Assembly: GCF_006345805.1 (NCBI RefSeq)
Contig: NC_042998.1
Coordinates: 193,068,001 to 193,132,000 of the forward strand
Direction: 5' to 3'
Length of the DNA stretch: 64,000 bases
Origin: Octopus sinensis
Taxonomy: Eukaryota
The position numbers were made by a program, and so were the translations under genes. The notes beneath the pieces were generated by a model. It saw only the letters and a program-made list of their open reading frames with translations, was not told where the DNA came from and made no database searches. Below, in pieces: positions 27,667-41,373 of the stretch. The first letter of the stretch is position 1. The number at the start of each line of letters is the position of its first letter.

Positions 27667-28058
27667 TACGCCGGGCGAAATGCGTAGCCGTATTTCGTCT
27701 GCCGTTACGTTCTGAGTTCAAATTCTGCCGAGGTCGACTTTGCCTTTCATCCTTTCGGGGTCGATAAATTAAGTACCAGTTACGCACTGGGGATCGATGT
27801 AATCGACTTAATACCTATGTCTGTCCTAGTTTGTCCCCTCTGTGTTTAGCCCCTTGTGGGTAGTAAAGAAATAGGTATTTCGTCTGCCGTTACGTTCTGA
27901 GTTCAAATTCCGCCGAGGTCGACTTTGCCTTTCATCCTTTCGGGGTCGATAAATTAAGTACCAGTTATGCACTGGGGTCGATGTAATCGACTTAATCCGT
28001 GTGTCTGTCCTTGTTTGTCTCCTCTGTGTTTAGCCCCCTTGTGGGTAGTAAATAAATA
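27667..28058 (+). mobile_element. SINE family A dimer, head 5'-truncated
   Basis: Junction at 27874/5. Flanking repeat GATAT(G/C)GAAATGAGAGA. Confidence 0.9.
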
Positions 28059-28597
28059 GATATCGAAATGAGAGAGCACATGTGGAATGAGGGATTGCTG
28101 GATGCAAGCAACAGGCATTGCGGGATAAAAGTTATATATGTATTTACACACACACGTTTGATCTGTGTCTTGTGTTTACCATACTTTTCCATATATCCTC
28201 TTAAATTACATTAACAGCTTTATAAGCCGTTTAAGCTTTCGTAATCAAAATGTATTTCTAGAATATTTTCCAAGTGCTTATCGCAAAGTTCATAAAGCCG
28301 TGATTTAGCTGATGTAAACAAGCTAACGAAGGCAATAAAGTAACGTGGCTGGACATATTGCATATTTAATAAGTTACAATTAACGTAGACGAGTGACGCA
28401 TCCTTGTCTAGCGTAGAAGTGACAAGAAATTAGAATCAAACGCAGTATCAGATTGATATATTCGTTAACTTATATCAGTAAATATACATAACATATCGAT
28501 CCTTTAAGGGTAGTAGATTGGTTGAATCATTAGAATGCTCGATAAAATACTTTGCTGTATTTAGTTACAGTTCTTTCTGGTTTGAGTTCAAATTTTC

Positions 28598-29015
28598 GGA
28601 TCGTTTCGGTTTGAACGGCAGTTTTTTCTAGCGGTGTCATTTGAAATTGTCACCCATAATTATGACCCTAGTATCGATCTATTGCATTTCAATCTGTTTT
28701 AGGGTTAGTTAGGGTTAGGGGTGGGGGGAAGGGTATCTTTTTTTCTTCACAAATGTAAATAAATCCAATCTGTTTCTTAAACGAGGGACATATTCATACG
28801 GCACAGAATGTTTTCACCTCAATAGACGTCATTGATTGGTTGAAATTGCAGAAATTGAAAAAACAACAACAAATATCTTACAAACTATAGAATTTTCTCA
28901 ATAAAGCCAAGAGAAAAAGATGTTTTATAAACACATTCTACCAATATACGAAGTTTAAAATTTTTTAGTTACCTAGAAATTATGTTAAAAACTGCCGTTC
29001 AAACCGAAAAGATCC
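28598..29015. mobile_element. MITE family D inserted in a decayed SINE
   Basis: Family TIRs. 8-bp TSD AAATTTTC at 28590-28597 and 29016-29023. Internal TTAGGGTTAGTTAGGGTTAGGGG. Confidence 0.92.
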
Positions 29016-29145
29016 AAATTTTCTCCGAAGTTGATGTTAACTTTGATCTTTCTGAGTCCGATAAAATACATCTCAGTCAACACTGTTGTGGATATAATCG
29101 ATTGTTTCCTTCCCGGTAAACGAATAGGGTTGATCATCCGTAAAC

Positions 29146-29551
29146 AGGCGCAGGAGTGGCTGTGTGGTAAGTAGCTTGTTTACCAACCACATGGCTCCGG
29201 GTTCAGTCCCACTGCGTGGCATCTTGGGCAAGTGTCTTCTACTATAGCCCCGGGCCGATTAATGTCTTGTGAGTGGATTTGGTAGACGGAAACTGAAAGA
29301 AACCCGTCGTATATATGTATATATATATGTGCGTGTATATTTGTGTGTCTGTGTTTGTCCCCCTAGCATTGTTTGACAACCGATGCTGGTGTGTTTATGT
29401 CCCCGTTACTTAGCGGTTCGGCAAAAGAGACCGATAGAATAAGTACTGGGCTTACAAAAAGAATAAGTCCCGGGGTCGAGTTGCTCGATTAAAGGCGGTG
29501 CTCCAGCATGGCCGCAGTCAAATGACTGAAACAAGTAAAAGAGTAAAAGAG
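29146..29551 (+). mobile_element. SINE family B, full length
   Basis: GGCGCAGGAGTGGCTGTGTGGTAAG head, GGTTCAGTCCC B-box-like motif, GTAAAAGA tail. Confidence 0.92.
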
Positions 29552-30321
29552 ATATTGCACACAACTGGAAGATCATACAATTCACTATTTATCCACATTA
29601 CTCAGTGGGTTAACAATTTTATCAGTTACATAGAATGAGATGCAGCACAAAGTTTTGTCAGCGAACGGGTCGCGGTCTCAAAGCGACGAAAGTATTTTGA
29701 CAAATTAAATTTAAATGTTGAAGTGAATCTAACGGTTTTTGTGTGTTTCTTAAATGGCTTATAAACACCTTCCACGCTGCAATTGTTTTCGTTCCAGCAC
29801 ACGATCTCAGATCCAGTCACTCGCTACGCAAGTACATCTCCGTAAATAGAATGAGAAATCTAAATTATATCAGCTCATTCAGAGAATAACTTGGTGAAAT
29901 CAAACTCAGGAACACCTTCTGCATGGAAAAACGCATAGTTAAATTGGGGCTAATGTAATAAATGTAGCGAACCTACACCACATTGATTAATTTGAAATTC
30001 ACAAGGTGACTTCACATTTTTGAAAAGAAATAACTATTGAAGCTCATAATTTCTTTTCTGGATTTTTGTATCTAATTAAATCCATTTTGGGACAATTAGA
30101 TTGGATGTTAGCCTCGCATTTACTCTGTCAAACCTCTATTTCGGTGTTAAAGAAAATTGAAGAGATTCTAACTTAGACTGAAGACCATAAATTATCTGGC
30201 AGGAGTGTAATCGATCGAGCCCACTAATATTAATATTACGAATACTAATCGACCCAGGTGAGAGAGAGAGAGAGAGGATATCAATGACATGGTGGGATAT
30301 AAATTGAGAATGTAAAAGAGG

Positions 30322-30355
<34 letters not shown>

Positions 30356-30571
30356 TATATATATGAAGTGGCTGACCTCCCCTGTTCGAAAGTTTATAAT
30401 GGACGCAGATTGTGTGTCAAATAGCTAGCTTGAGGCGGTGGCCTCTTGGAGCTAATCATCGACAGCTTTAGTCTTATATTTATAAGATTGGCATATTAGT
30501 ATGGCGATAACTATTAATTTCCAGTAACGCTGCCGTAATCTCCTTTAGAGAGCCTTAGTAATTTTAATATT

Positions 30572-30885
<314 letters not shown>

Positions 30886-31163
30886 ATATAAAGTTAAGAT
30901 CAAAGAATCAAAGTGTAGGAAGTTAGTAAGCTTCGAGCGGTCTGTAGAAAGTATAAAAACAACTTTCAGGAACAATAGTGGTTTATTGGCGCAGAAGGTT
31001 GAGAATTTTTTCTGTGTCGAAGTACGATAGGCTGAAAGAGGGTTAGCAACTGGGGTTGCTGTATATGCGAATAAACATTTGAAATTAGGGAATAGAGTAG
31101 ATAAAATCCTGGTCAAATTTGTCTCATAGCTAGGGGAACCTCAGAAGTAGTAATTATACAATT

Positions 31164-31199
<36 letters not shown>

Positions 31200-31200
31200 T

Positions 31201-31600
31201 ACTCTTTTACTCTTTTACTTGTTTCAGTCATTTGACTGCGGCCAAGCTGGAGCACCGCCTTTAGTCGAGCAAATCGACCCCGGGACTTATTCTTTGTAAG
31301 CCCAGTACTTATTCTATCGGTCTCTTTTGCCGAACCGCTAAGTAACGGGGACGTAAACACACCAGCATCGGTTGTCAAGCGATGCTAAGAGGACAAACAC
31401 AGACACACAAACATACACACACATACACACATAAATACATATATACATATATACGACAGGCTTCTTTCAGTTTCCGTCTACCAAATCCACTCACAAGGCA
31501 TTGGTCGGCCCGGGGCTATAGCAGAAGACACTTGCCCAAGATGCCACGCAGTGGGACTGAACCCGGAACTATGTGGCTGGTTAGCAAGCTACTTACCACA
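31201..31600 (-). mobile_element. SINE family B
   Basis: Reverse complement of the family B consensus. Confidence 0.9.
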
Positions 31601-31845
31601 CATATATATATATAAAATAAAGGGTAAAATTAATTAATTAATTGATAATTAATAAGTTTACCAAGTAGTTCGGTATGTTAAAAGAACAATTATCGGTAAA
31701 CTTATACAAAAATTCTATAATTATGAGCATAATTATAATTAGGGTTCAGCAAAATTTGCTCCACCACACACCGAAATTTTAGAAATAGCAGTTAAAACTA
31801 GTCTTTCACTACCATAAGAAAATCTCCCAGACAGTAATACTTAAC

Positions 31846-32520
31846 TTATCTTGGCTGCAGGCACGAGTGACACTGGGGGGGGGGGAGACGTCCTTCAAAT
31901 ATCACCGGATAACTGCAGTCAGCCATTAAAAAAAATCTGGAAAAACCATATCTGTTGCGGCCGATGGGGTCCACAGGGTCAAAATCGCTTTTGACTCTTC
32001 CCAATCGACAGCCAGCAATACCCTTACATTTAAGAGCCTTTTCCCGGGAGTCGAACAGCAACCATACGGTTGCATGTTTGACACCGCGGGATATGTATTT
32101 CACAGAGGACAAATAGACTTTCAGTTCATTTTCTATAACTGGTTTTGGGAAGACAGTGATGGAATCCAGAACTTTAGAATAAGTTCTAACCCCCACCATC
32201 CTCTCCTCCATATACTTTAACCACTGCTTCGGTGGGACAATCTCCCACACAATCTTATCCGTATTTCTTTGCCATGTCCAAAGCAATAGTTCACAAAAAA
32301 GGAAAGAGATAATTCAAAAGAAAACAAAAGGGAAGAAGAAATAAATAAAAAAATAAGCAGTTCAATAAAAAGTCACAATAGAAGAAGAAAACAATAGTTC
32401 AAAAAAAGAAAGCACAGCAAAAAAATCTTCTGGGCATTCATGTACTCCAAGCCCTTATGGTACTCCAATTCGAACCTGGACTGCTCCACTTGAATACAGC
32501 TTTCCAACGTAGTCGTAAAT
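31846..32520 (-). mobile_element. LINE ORF1-like fragment with upstream T-rich region
   Basis: 146-aa ORF ending VIFEGRLPPPQCHSCLQ, resembling the start of an ORF1 CCHC zinc knuckle; truncated. Confidence 0.45.
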
Positions 32521-32979
32521 TACACACTATTTAAAAACGGCGAACGATTTTCGGTGGCAAGGATAGTCACCAAACTATATTTCTCACAATGAGAAAAATA
32601 AATTTTCACTTCATGTGAACACTTGAAATACAGTTTTCCAATAATGGTAAATGTTGTTGTAGAAACAAAGTATCTGAAGGATACGCCCACCAGATAATGA
32701 GAAAAAAATCTTCATTTACTATGGACCATATTACTGAAACACAAGTAGAACAACATGCTGAATTCAGTGAGGATTCCCTATTTGTAAAATATATAAGCAC
32801 AGACAACGACCCTCACCGGGTCCAAGAGAAAAGCCTTACCTTGCAGCGGCTTCTTTTGGCAGGCTAAACACAACCGGTTATCTTCTTCAGTGCACAACAC
32901 AATGGCGCATGCGCACACTGACAACAAGGACTGATGGAAGTTTCAAAGGCTTATTTTTTTTTTTTTGGTGGTGGGTATG

Positions 32980-33364
32980 GAATGGAATGGAAGCACTCCG
33001 TCGGTTACGACGATGAGGGTTCCGGTTGATCCGATCAACGGAACAACCTGCTCGTGAAATTAACGTGTAAGTGGCTGAGCACTCCACAGACACGTGTACC
33101 CTTAACGTAGTTCTCGGGGATATTCAGCGTGACACAGAGAGTGACAAGGCCGGCCCTTTGAAATACAGGTACAACAGAAACAGGAAGTAAGAGAGTGAGA
33201 AAAAGTTGTGGTGAAAGAGTACAGCAGGGATCACCACCATCCCCTGCCGGAGCCTCGTGGAGCTTTAGGCGTTTTCGCTCAATAAACACTCACAACTCCC
33301 GGTCTGGGAATCGAAACCGCGAACCTACGACCGCGAGTTCGCTGCCCTAACCACTGGGCCATTG
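32980..33364 (-). mobile_element. SINE family C
   Basis: (TTCCA)n tail, seen as TGGAATGGAATGGAAG. Flanking repeat GGTGGGTATG. Confidence 0.9.
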
Positions 33365-34289
33365 AGGTGGGTATGCTAGTGATAGGAAATTAGGAATCTC
33401 AGTTTTCAATTCTTTTAATTTCGTTCCAGTTGTTTTCAAAATTAGTATACTGATGTAGTTTTGAATGCTAATTATGGAAATGAAATTCATTTTTGCCATA
33501 AATTAATAAATAAAATCTGAATAGCTTTAAAATTTTTCAAATTTTGGGTAATTTTAACCAATCGAAAGCCACAGACATATTGGTTCTGGTTTCCATAGTG
33601 ACAAGTCAAGGTATAGCCTGCTTAAAACTCCAACCACGTGTATTGTATTTATCTATCTATTTTCTTGGACAAGTGCCTTTTTTTTTCTGACCGTTTGTAC
33701 CACATTTTTATCATTTTTACCTGTGATTTATGAGAAAGGAATATATTTAGTTGCAGTCCATTCACTATCACATTTTCGTCATTTTCACCTTTTTATTTAT
33801 TTATTTATTTATTTATATATTTATTATTCATGAGAAACGAACTGATATTTTCGGTTGCTGTCCTGTCGACCTCGTTTTCATAATTTTGAACTTTGTGTTT
33901 CCATGGACCTTTTTAACCTAAATGGAAGTATGACTGCAGCCAACTCGATTAACCTTTCGAATACGATAGAGAAATTGAAAACCGTTAAGATGCGTTTCTA
34001 TACTTGCAAGAGAAGGATATTATCCATAAAAGAAAATTATGCACAAAAGGACACTAAAAGAAAATTATGCACAAAAGGAACAAGAAGATGCTTCACGGGA
34101 AAATTTACTGTCATTACTATCAAAAAGGATACATGGTTGGAAGGTGGCACTCTTCCTCTCAGGACTGTACTGATTTTTCTCTTTCACTCATAGGTCAAGG
34201 GATTGACTTTAGTCCGGTTTTGCGTTGAAGAACTGGGGATGATCCACTGTACAACTGTTGATTACAATAGTTGCGGAGGACCTGTTTCA

Positions 34290-34720
34290 GATAGGCTAAC
34301 ATAGGAAGGTTGTTAAGATAGACCAAACAGTCTTCTCAAGACGCAAATACAACCGCAGAAAAATGTTTGCTGCCTGAGCATTAGGTTTTCGGAGGTGTCG
34401 CGAGTCCAATGTTTTTTTCTTTATGCGGTGCCATGACGGAATCACAACACACTAGAGGAATGCATACGTTAGTCAATTCTTCCAGGAACCAGAATTTTCA
34501 GTGATTTATAGAGGACCTATTCTCACATACTTGAAATTGATGGTTAGAATTTTTGACATAGAACTGTGAATCACAGCGTTGAGGTTATTAATACGAAAGA
34601 TGCTCCCCACATGCAACGAGTGGAAAAAGTACATGGGCCTGTATAAAACAAGGTAATAAACAATGCTGTGGAAGCCACCGTTCTATGGTTGACTCGTATC
34701 TCTGCGAGTTTATGTGGCGC
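34290..34720 (+). pseudogene. Decayed Merlin/IS1016-type (ISXO2-like DDE) transposase
   Basis: Manual translation across frames: KVVKIDQTVFSRRKYNR, FGGV, ILPGTRIFSD, HRTVNHS. These match the ISXO2/Merlin motifs VEIDE...RKYNRG, WVFGG, PGT.I.SD and H..VNHS. Confidence 0.8.
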
Positions 34721-34819
34721 AGGAGACATGAAAATTGTAATTTGCTTGAGGAGAAATTCATAGAGTGTATCTCAAGCTTTCCTTTCTGAACGTTTGCTCC
34801 AAAATATGTAGTAACTGTA

Positions 34820-35051
34820 AGGGCAGCGAGCTGGCAGAAACGTTAGCACGCCGGGCGAAATGCGTAGCCGTATTTTGTTTGCCGTTACGTTCTGAGTTCA
34901 AATTCCGCCGAGGTCGACTTTGCCTTTCATCCTTTCGGGGTCGATGAATTAAGAACCAGTTACGCACTGGGGTCGATGTAATCGACTTAATACCTATGTC
35001 TGTCCTTGTTTGTCCCTTCTTTGTTTAGCCCCCTGTGGGCAATAAAGAAAT
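34820..35051 (+). mobile_element. SINE family A monomer
   Basis: 18-bp TSD AAATATGTAGTAACTGTA at 34802-34819 and 35052-35069. Confidence 0.92.
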
Positions 35052-36039
35052 AAATATGTAGTAACTGTATTAATTGTTTACATGAACTACAGTCTTTTTG
35101 TGTAATTTAATGTACAGTTTGTATGTTTGTAATTTGTTGCAAGAAAACAACATTTCGAGGACTTTTTCCCTTTTTTATTGTTTACATGCCTGTCCCAACA
35201 TTTCACATGATTCTATTCGTTAAAACTTATTAAAACTTCATAACGTTTTCCAAGTTAGTCGTTGTAATGTTATCATAGACAGCTATCTCACACAGAATGC
35301 CGGCTTGCAAATTTTGTTTTCTAAAAATTTTTCCAAAATTTTTCTGGAACAAGTGAATAACAAAATCAGATTCAGCTTGAAAAACTAAATCTATATACCA
35401 AATTTGAAAACTTTCACTAATTTTAAAATTTCAGAACCTGTGACAGCAACAGAAAAGATTCGAAAATAGAAACCGATACATACTTTAAACATTCTGTTCC
35501 AATTTACATCGTGTGTCATCCAAGACAAACTCGAGTTACCATACAATTGTAATTTAGCGAAGCGAATATCTTCCAAGACGAATAGTCTTGACTCATTCAA
35601 CAAAAGATTATAGATTAGAAGAAATGAAAGAAATATTGATAATAAATAATAAAAAAAACAACTCTTTGAATCTAATTACTAATGCAGTTCAAAGAGAGAA
35701 GCAAATTGATATTCAAGAACTTTGAAAAATTAAAAGCAAATACGAAAAGAATATGATAAAACATGTCTCGACTTTTAACCCCAACAAACGTCGAAATCTT
35801 TGAAATTATTCATCAAAACATACTTAGATTATTATGAGATCAGAAGATGAAGAAGTTATAGAAATAAAAAACGATTAAAACTAATGAGAAACTAAATTTT
35901 TAAGCAAGTTTGTAACGAGTGTGAAATTTAATAAAACTAAGAATTCGAAAGAACTCCCGAGTATGTAATTATTAATTAGAAGCTCGTCTGTTTCATTTCA
36001 TAGAGAGATATGCTTTCAAAAATGTGTTATTTTGAAAAT

Positions 36040-36371
36040 TATATATATATGTATATATATATGTATGTGTGTGTGTATATATATGTGTGTGTGTGTGTAT
36101 ATATATATGTGTGTATATATATATGTGTGTATATATATATATGTGTGTGTGTATGTATATATATGTGTGTATATATATGTGTGTATATATGTGTATATAT
36201 ATATGTGTATATATATATATATGTATATATATATGTGTATATATATATATGTGTGTATGTCTATATATATGTGTGTGTATATATATATATGTATATATAT
36301 GTATATATATGCATATATGTATGTGTATATATATATATGTGTGTGTGTGTGTATGTATATATATATTTATG

Positions 36372-36412
<41 letters not shown>

Positions 36413-36811
36413 TATGTATGTATATATATATATATATTTATGTATGTATATATATATATATTTATGTATGTATATATATATATATATATTATGTATGTAT
36501 ATATATATATATATTTATGTATGATATATATATATATATTATATATATTATGTATGTATATATATATATATATATTTATGTATGTATATATATATATATA
36601 TATATATATTTATGTATGTATATATATATATATATATTTATGTATGTATATATATATATATATTTATGTATGTATATATATATATATATATTTATGTGTG
36701 TATGTATATATATATATATATATATATATTTATGTGTTATGTATATATATATATATATATATATATTTATGTGGTATGTATATATATATATATATAATAT
36801 ATTTATGTGTG

Positions 36812-36862
<51 letters not shown>

Positions 36863-36875
36863 ATATATATATATA
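36040..36875. repeat. (TA)n/(TG)n compound micro/minisatellite
   Basis: Includes repeated TTTATGTATG(TA)n units. Confidence 0.95.
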
Positions 36876-37079
36876 AGTGTACATTCAAACATTTAAGAGA
36901 TGACCAAAAAATAGGATATCTCTTATGTGTTTCAATGTACACTGTATTCTTCTCTGAATAATGTATAGTCTATTGACTAAATTCTTCCTTCTAGCTAAAC
37001 CACTGTAGCAAAGAATTTTTCTATAAATATTTTTGCTACGCTAAGATTTTTTAATTATATATATATATATATATATAAC

Positions 37080-38300
37080 ATAAAGTTGTTAGATCTTGTT
37101 TACACGTGGTTGTAGATATTTAAGAAAGAAAAATATGTAAAAACGCACAGGGGGCTTGTATAGTAAAATTTATGCAAATATTAAGATCATAGCGAAACAA
37201 GGAGTTGCATTACAACATTATATAATAAACTGGGAGTACCTGTTTCGCGTCTTACGCTTACCAAAGTTCCAAGGTCTTAGATTTCAGCCATTTTGATGCG
37301 CAGAGTATTTCTGCTTAAAGTTTATGGTTGACCCTATATTTTTGCTTGTGGAATTTGGTAGCGTGTTGAGGACGGTGCATTTGTAAATTACGTTAGACCT
37401 TCTGCAACGGATTTGTAGAGGGCATATGGTCCCAGAGCGGCAGTTACATGGTAGTGCATTGTGGGGATTATTCTCAGGAATGGAGGAAGTGATACTGTCT
37501 AGGGATTGGTTAGAGATAGGGGTAGATTGCTCCATGTTATTAACATTATTATTACTATTATTATTATCATTTCTATCGTCGTTATTTTTATTCTATCTAT
37601 ATGTGTGGTGGAGGTCCGGGTACTATCATTCTGGTTAGTGTTGGTAAGATTGGCTGGGTCTTCGTTATAGTCTAAAGTATGTGGTTCGATGTTGGAGTTA
37701 TGTATATTTTGGGCGCTCGTGTATTCAGAGCTGTTTCGGTGCATATTTTGATAATAGAGAGAAAGTTTTCGTCTATTAGAGGCCGTTACGATAGACTCAA
37801 AATTAGGCGGAGAAGAGTAGGATAGCTTTAAAGTATTGCTGCTAAAGATAGAGTAATATTTATGTAGACGAGGAAAGTTGGAGTCTAGTATATTAAAAAC
37901 AGATTTGGCTAAGTCCTTAATATTAAATGAGAAGGGAGGTGTATACCATAGAACTGAGCGTCCACCGCTTTTGGTTGCTTAGGAGTAGTATTATCTATAT
38001 TTTTAGATATTAGTGGGGAGTTTAGGGCCCGTTATTGTTAGCTGTTTTTGATGATGACCTAGTCTTATATGTATGTGTGTGGGGAGGTCTAAGCTGTCTT
38101 AATCTGTGTTCTCTCGGGGTTCCAGTATAGTGCACATATAGTCTGTTATGATTATGATGGTTAGCATGTCGTGGTGATACGAGTTGAGAAATATGTTGCT
38201 TGAGCTTAGTATTAGTATTAGAGATGTATTTCATGGTGGGGTACAAGTCTCTGGAATAAGATAATAGTAATAGAATATTGTAGTGATGCTTCATTCACTA
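37080..38300 (-). mobile_element. Penelope-like element remnant (RT C-terminus, linker, start of GIY-YIG)
   Basis: Minus strand gives WYTPPFS...HKYYSIFSSNTLKLSYS...NFESIV and CNCRSGTICPLQIRCRRSNVIYKCTV, typical PLE linker and GIY-YIG N-terminal motifs. Interrupted by stops. Confidence 0.8.
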
Positions 38301-38632
38301 TACCAGACGAGCATGTAAAAAACATGACAGCCAAAACTCGGTATCTTTAGCGAGACACAAACCTTTATGAACAGATGTACTTGATAAGACAGACTGAAAA
38401 ATTGACCCAACACAAATGTTGAAAGGAAATCTACCCATAGTGGACAGTAGCAGGATGGGTCAAAATGACCGTTATACAAGATAAAGATTAATACCAAAAT
38501 CCATCTTCTCGTTACTTAAGTAATTATTATCATTATCTAAACGAACACTGTGGAATTCCTGAAGTAGATCCAACACACTAATCGACATATACACCACCAG
38601 TCCAAAAATACTATATGTAATGCATATTCTTT

Positions 38633-38885
38633 TTCTTTTATTCTTTTACTTGTGTCAGTTATTTATCTGAGGCCATGCTGGAGCACCGCCTTTAGTCGCG
38701 CAAATCGACTTCAGGCGTTATTCTTTGTAAGCCAAGTACTTAATCTATCGGTATCTTTTACAGAACCACTAAGTTACAGGGACGTAAGCACACCAGCATC
38801 GGTTGTCAAGTGATGTTGGGGAGGGGGACAAACACAGACACACAAACATATACACACAAACATACACACACATAAACACACACAT
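38633..38885 (-). mobile_element. SINE B 3' half
   Basis: Tail through to the internal microsatellite only. Confidence 0.8.
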
Positions 38886-38970
38886 ATACTTTATTAAAAA
38901 GCAGTAAAAACATCACAAAAACTATTACTCAGAGGTTCACATTCCCATTCGTCGGACAGTTTTGCTTAGA

Positions 38971-39351
38971 GGAGCACTCCGTCGGTTGCGACGATGAGGG
39001 TCCCAGCTGATACGATCAACGGAACAGCTTGCTCGTGATATTAACGTGCAAGTGGCTGAGCACTCCACAGACACGTGTACCCTTAACGTAGTTCTCGAGG
39101 CGATTCAGCGTGACACAGAGTGACAAGGCTAGCCCTTTGAAATACAGGTACAAGAGAAACAGGAAGAAAGAGCGAGAGAAAGTTGTAGTGAAAGAGTACA
39201 GCCGGGATCACCACCATCCCCTGCCGGAGCCTCGTGGAGCTTTTAGGTGTTTTCGCTCAATAAACACTCACAATGCCCGGTCTGGGAATCGAAACCGCGA
39301 TCCTACGACCGCGAGTCCGCTGCCGTAACCACTGGGCCATTGCGCCTCCAC
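38971..39351 (-). mobile_element. SINE family C
   Basis: 10-bp TSD TTTGCTTAGA at 38961-38970 and 39352-39361. Confidence 0.9.
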
Positions 39352-39694
39352 TTTGCTTAGAACCATGACCTAGAAGTGACTTCATAAGTAAGGGAACCGT
39401 GATTATGTATATCAGAAAAAATATGTATAAGTCGAAACAATTTGTTGGCCTCTTATGTTTTTTATAATTATTTACGTTATATAATATTATGTTATATTAC
39501 ATTCATAGTATTTAATGTAATATTGTAATATAAATAAATTAGTGGATTGTCAATAGTATATCTCTATATTTAATTTATCTTTATAATTGAATTATACCAA
39601 TATGTATATAGCATCCAACTGATGTACCAGTAAAGTGGATGTTTAACACACCCCTTTGAAGGATTTATTTTCCTCAGTTCGTTATTTTATACAT

Positions 39695-39714
<20 letters not shown>

Positions 39715-39744
<30 letters not shown>

Positions 39745-40711
39745 TTATATATATATATATATGTATATATATATGTATGTATGTATGTATATATTATTAT
39801 AATTATTAGGGAATATTACTTTCGAGTACACAGGAAAAAGACATTCAAATTAGATGTACTAACATGAACATCTCTCAATGTTTAATTTGTATATATAAAA
39901 GTAGTATTAGAGACAGAACCACCTTCAACTCAATCAACACTGAAAGATTTTATACCCGACCACTCCATAAGATGTTAAATATTAAATCTTATACTAACAA
40001 TATCTATGCTGAATCCTGCATTTTCCTTTTAAATAGACGTGTTTCATAAAAGTACGTCGGTATTGATTAGATACGAGGTATCTAATCACATATACGCCAC
40101 GGGGTGGCGTCATTTGAAGGCTAAAGTAATGCGAAGTGCATTGTGACCAGCGATGTGTAGCAACATCTGATAGCCTGGTCGGTCACCTGATATATATATA
40201 TATGCACACACACACACACAACACATTTATATATATATATATATATGTATATATATGTATGTATGTATGTATATATTATTATAATTATTAGGGAATATTA
40301 ATTTCGAGTACACAGGAAAAAGACATTCAAATTAGATGTACTAACATGAACATCTCTCAATGTTTAATTTGTATATATAAAAGTAGTATTAGAGACAGAA
40401 CCACCTTCAACTCAATCAACACTGAAAGATTTTATACCCGACCACTCCATAAGATGTTAAATATTAAATCTTATACTAACATATCTATGCTGAATCCTGC
40501 ATTTTCCTTTTAATAGACGTGTTTCATAAAAGTACGTCGGTATTGATTAGATACGAGGTATCTAATCACATATACGCCACGGGGTGGCGTCATTTGAAGG
40601 CTAAAGTAATGCGAAGTGCATTGTGACCAGCGATGTGTAGCAACATCTGATAGCCTGGTCGGTCACCTGATATATATATATATGCACACACACACACACA
40701 ACACACACATT

Positions 40712-40742
<31 letters not shown>

Positions 40743-41167
40743 GTATGTATGTATGTATATATTATTATAATTATTAGGGAATATTACTTCGAGTACACAG
40801 GAAAAAGACATTCAAATTAGATGTACTAACATGAACATCTCTCAATGTTTAATTTGTATATAAAAGTAGTATTAGAGACAGAACCACCTTCAACTCAATC
40901 AACACTGAAAGATTTTATACCGACCACTCCATAAGATGTTAAATATTAATCTTATACTAACAATATCTATGCTGAATCCTGCATTTTCCTTTTAAATAGA
41001 CGTGTTTCATAAAAGTACGTCGGTATTGATTAGATACGAGGTATCTAATCACATATACGCCACGGGGTGGCGTCATTTGAAGGCTAAAGTAATGCGAAGT
41101 GCATTGTGACCAGCGATGTGTAGCAACATCTGATAGCCTGGTCGGTCACCTGATATATATATATATG

Positions 41168-41190
<23 letters not shown>
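39715..41190. repeat. Tandem triplication, ~480-bp unit
   Basis: TCTAATCACATATACGCC recurs at 40081, 40561 and 41044. Units bounded by (CA)n tracts. Confidence 0.95.
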
Positions 41191-41199
<9 letters not shown>

Positions 41200-41201
41200 A
41201 G

Positions 41202-41232
<31 letters not shown>

Positions 41233-41255
41233 ATATATATATACACCACAGAGAC

Positions 41256-41298
<43 letters not shown>

Positions 41299-41303
41299 GA
41301 GAC

Positions 41304-41373
<70 letters not shown>

